Of a DNA stretch of 64,000 nucleotides, positions 61,301-64,000 are shown in pieces. The DNA comes from Eledone cirrhosa. Taxonomy: Eukaryota. Position numbers and translations under genes: made by a program. The notes beneath the pieces were generated by a model. That model did no database searches and was not told the DNA's origin. It saw nothing but the letters and a program-made list of their open reading frames with translations. The stretch covers positions 438,402,001 to 438,466,000 of the forward strand of contig OZ024740.1 in NCBI GenBank assembly GCA_964016885.1, read 5' to 3'. Position 1 is the first letter of the stretch. Each line of letters begins with the position of its first letter.

Positions 61301-64000
61301 TTAATAGAACATAACTTTATAGAACACACCTTTATAGAACAGACCCTTATAGAACATACCTTTATAGAATATACCTTTATAGAACAGACCTTTATAGAAC
61401 ATACCTTTATAGAACACACCTTAATAGAACATGCCTTTATAGAACAGGCCTTTATAGAACATAACTTTATAGTACATACCTTTATAGTACATACCTTAAT
61501 AGAACATGCCTTTATAGAAAATACCTTTATAGAACAGACCTTTATAGAACATACCTTTATAGAAAATACCTTTCTAGAAAATACCTTTATAGAACATACC
61601 TTTATAGAACATACCTTTATAGAACATACCTTTATAGAACACACCTTAATAGAACATACCTTTATAGAACATACCTTTATAGAACATACCTTTATAGAAC
61701 ATAACTTTATAGAACATACCTTCATAGAACATACCTTTATAGAACATACCTTTATAGAATATACCTTTATAGAATATACCTTTATAGAACATACCTTTAT
61801 AGAACATACCTTTATAGAACACACCTTAATAGAACATACCTTTATAGAACATAACTTTATAGAACATACCTTTATAGAACATAACTTTATAGAACATACC
61901 TTTATAGAACATACCTTTATAGAACATACCTTTATAGAATATACCTTTATAGAATATATCTTTATAGAACAGACCTTTATAGAACATACCTTTATAGAAC
62001 ATACCTTTATAGAACATACCTTTATAGAACAGACCTTTATAGAACATACCTTTATAGAAAATACCTTTATAGAACATACCTTTATAGAATATACCTTTAT
62101 AGAATATACCTTTATAGAACAGACCTTTATAGAACATACCTTTATAGAACATACCTTTATAGAACATACCTTTATAGAACATACCTTTATAGAACATACC
62201 TTTATAGAAAATACCTTAATAGAACACACCTTTATAGAACTTATCTTTATAGTACATACCTTAATTGAACACACCTTTATAGAACACACCTTAATAGAAC
62301 ACACCTTTATAGTACATACCTTAAAAGAACATACCTTTATAGAACACACCTTTATAGTACATACATTAATAGAACATACCTTAATAGAACATACCCTTAT
62401 AGAACATACTTTAATAGAACATGCCTTTATAGAACAGACCTTTATAGAACATACCTTTATAGTTATTACCTTTATAGAACATACCTTAATAGAACATACC
62501 TTTATAGAACACACATTTATAGAACAGACCCTTATAGAACATACCTTTATAGAATATACCTTTATAGAACAGACCTTTATAGAACATACCTTTATAGAAC
62601 ACACCTTAATAGAACAAGCCTTTATAGAACAGGCCTTTATAGAACATATCTTTATAGTACATACCTTTATAGTACATACCTTAATAGAACATGCCTTTAT
62701 AGAAAATACCTTTATAGAACAGACCTTTATAGAACATACCTTTATAGAAAATACCTTTATAGAAAATACCTTTATAGAACATACCTTTATAGAACATACC
62801 TTTATAGAACATACCTTTATAGAACACACCTTAAGAGAACATACCTTTATAGAACATACCTTTATAGAACATACCTTTATAGAACATACCTTTATAGAAC
62901 ATACCTTTCAGAACATACCTTTATAGAACATACCTTTATAGAATATACCTTTATAGAATATACCTTTATAGAACAGACCTTTATAGAACATACCTTTATA
63001 GAACATACCTTTATAGAACATACCTTTATAGAACAGACCTTTATAGAACATACCTTTATAGAAAATACCTTTATAGAACAGACCTTTATAGAACACACCT
63101 TTATAGAACATACCTTTATTGAACATACCTCAATATAACATACCTTAATAGAACACACCTTTATAGAACACACCTTAATAGAACACACCTTTATAGACCA
63201 TACCTTAATAGAACATACCTTTATAGAACAGACCTTTATAGAACATGCCTTTATAGAACATACCTTTATAGAACACACCTTAATAGAACATACCTTTATA
63301 GAACATACCTTTATAGAACACACCTTTATAGAACACACCTTTATAGAATATAGCTTTCTAGAACATACCTTTATAGAACAGATCTTTATAGAACATTCCT
63401 TTATAGTACATACCTTTATAGTACATACCTTAATAGAACACACCTTTATAGAATATAGCTTAATAGAACGTACCTTTATAGAACAGACCTTTTTAGAACA
63501 TACCTTTATAGAACATACCTTTATAGAACATACCTTTATTGAACACACCTTTATAGAATAGACCTTTATAGAACATACCTCTATAGAACATACCTTTATA
63601 GAATAGACCTTTATAGAACATACCTTTATAGAACATACATTTATAGAATAGACCTTTATAGAACATACCTTTATAGAATACACCTTTATAGAACAGATCT
63701 TTTTAGAACATACCTTCATAGAACACACCTTTATAGAACACACCTTTATAGAACACACCTTTATAGAATAGACCTTTATAGAACATACCTCTATAGAACA
63801 TACCTTTATAGAACAGACCTTTATAGAACATACCTTTATAGAACATACCTTTATAGAACACACCTTAATAGAACATACCTTTATAGAACATAACTTTATA
63901 GAACATACCTTTATAGAACATAACTTTATAGAACATACCTTTATAGAACATACCTTTATAGAACATACCTTTATAGAATATACCTTTATAGAATATATCT
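55395..64000. repeat. Higher-order blocks: tandem 2,654-bp duplication (~55395-58040 / ~58049-60694) and a 3,854-bp offset copy (~58365-60146 / ~62219-64000)
   Basis: CTTTCAGAAC 14-bp monomer at 56401, 59055 and 62909. ORF pairs 56384/59038/62892, 57357/60011 and 57822/60476. Confidence 0.88.

Larger units (their letters stand above)
1..64000. repeat. 15-bp tandem satellite array, consensus GAACATACCTTTATA, about 4,270 head-to-tail monomers, running to both window edges
   Basis: The monomer is visible in every line and copies differ by roughly 0-4 substitutions. Phase check: a monomer starts at 11 and at 63961, a net +5 shift that equals the 12 insertions minus 7 deletions I located. Confidence 0.99.

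Noticed and set aside
433-63126. ORFs in the MFYKG (minus), EHTFI and TYLYR (plus) frames as protein-coding genes
   Set aside because: They are by-products of a 3n stop-free monomer, overlap each other, are repeatedly broken by common variants and have no unique termini.
1-64000. CRISPR array or diversity-generating cassette system
   Set aside because: There are no unique spacers and no cas, reverse transcriptase or recombinase genes; the monomers abut directly.
1-64000. Telomerase-synthesised telomeric repeat
   Set aside because: There is no G-run motif, and inherited ordered variants in kilobase duplications indicate recombinational amplification rather than templated addition. A subtelomeric location is not excluded.
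1-64000. Transposon, tRNA/rRNA gene, inversion or unique-sequence insertion
   Set aside because: None was seen; the longest departure from the monomer is the 16-bp A7 variant.
1-64000. Monomer variants as random sequencing error or a synthetic concatemer
   Set aside because: Variants recur in the same order at fixed offsets with nested history, which random error would not produce.
1-64000. Identity with the Drosophila simulans-clade 15-bp satellite GAACAGAACATGTTC
   Set aside because: It shares only the length and GAACA(T); the rest of the monomer differs, so no taxonomic assignment is made.

Overview
The whole 64 kb window is one uninterrupted, head-to-tail satellite array of a 15-bp monomer. 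The + strand consensus is GAACATACCTTTATA (minus strand, rotated: GTATGTTCTATAAAG), with about 4,270 copies, a consensus GC of 4/15 and a single orientation. I saw no unique sequence, transposon, RNA gene or credible conventional gene. All ORFs in the track are translations of the monomer (VCSIK, MFYKG, EHTFI, TYLYR). Variant monomers occur in a conserved order and are amplified in nested near-identical blocks (offsets 555, 1590, 2221, 2521, 2654, 2656, 3046, 3854, 5160, 6661 and 10981 bp), with layers marked by private variants. The 15-bp phase breaks at only 19 places, which trace to six indel types. Two speculative signals merit testing. First, every consensus minus-strand monomer is a 15-nt GT...AG unit carrying AAG|GTATGT donor motifs, and the frame-breaking monomers and TAG-stop monomers are also GT-AG bounded. 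Second, the minus-strand VCSIK frame is preferentially open, and its commonest variants are synonymous or conservative. The most parsimonious reading remains non-coding eukaryotic-type satellite DNA; the organism cannot be identified from the sequence. Block boundaries were read by eye and are approximate.
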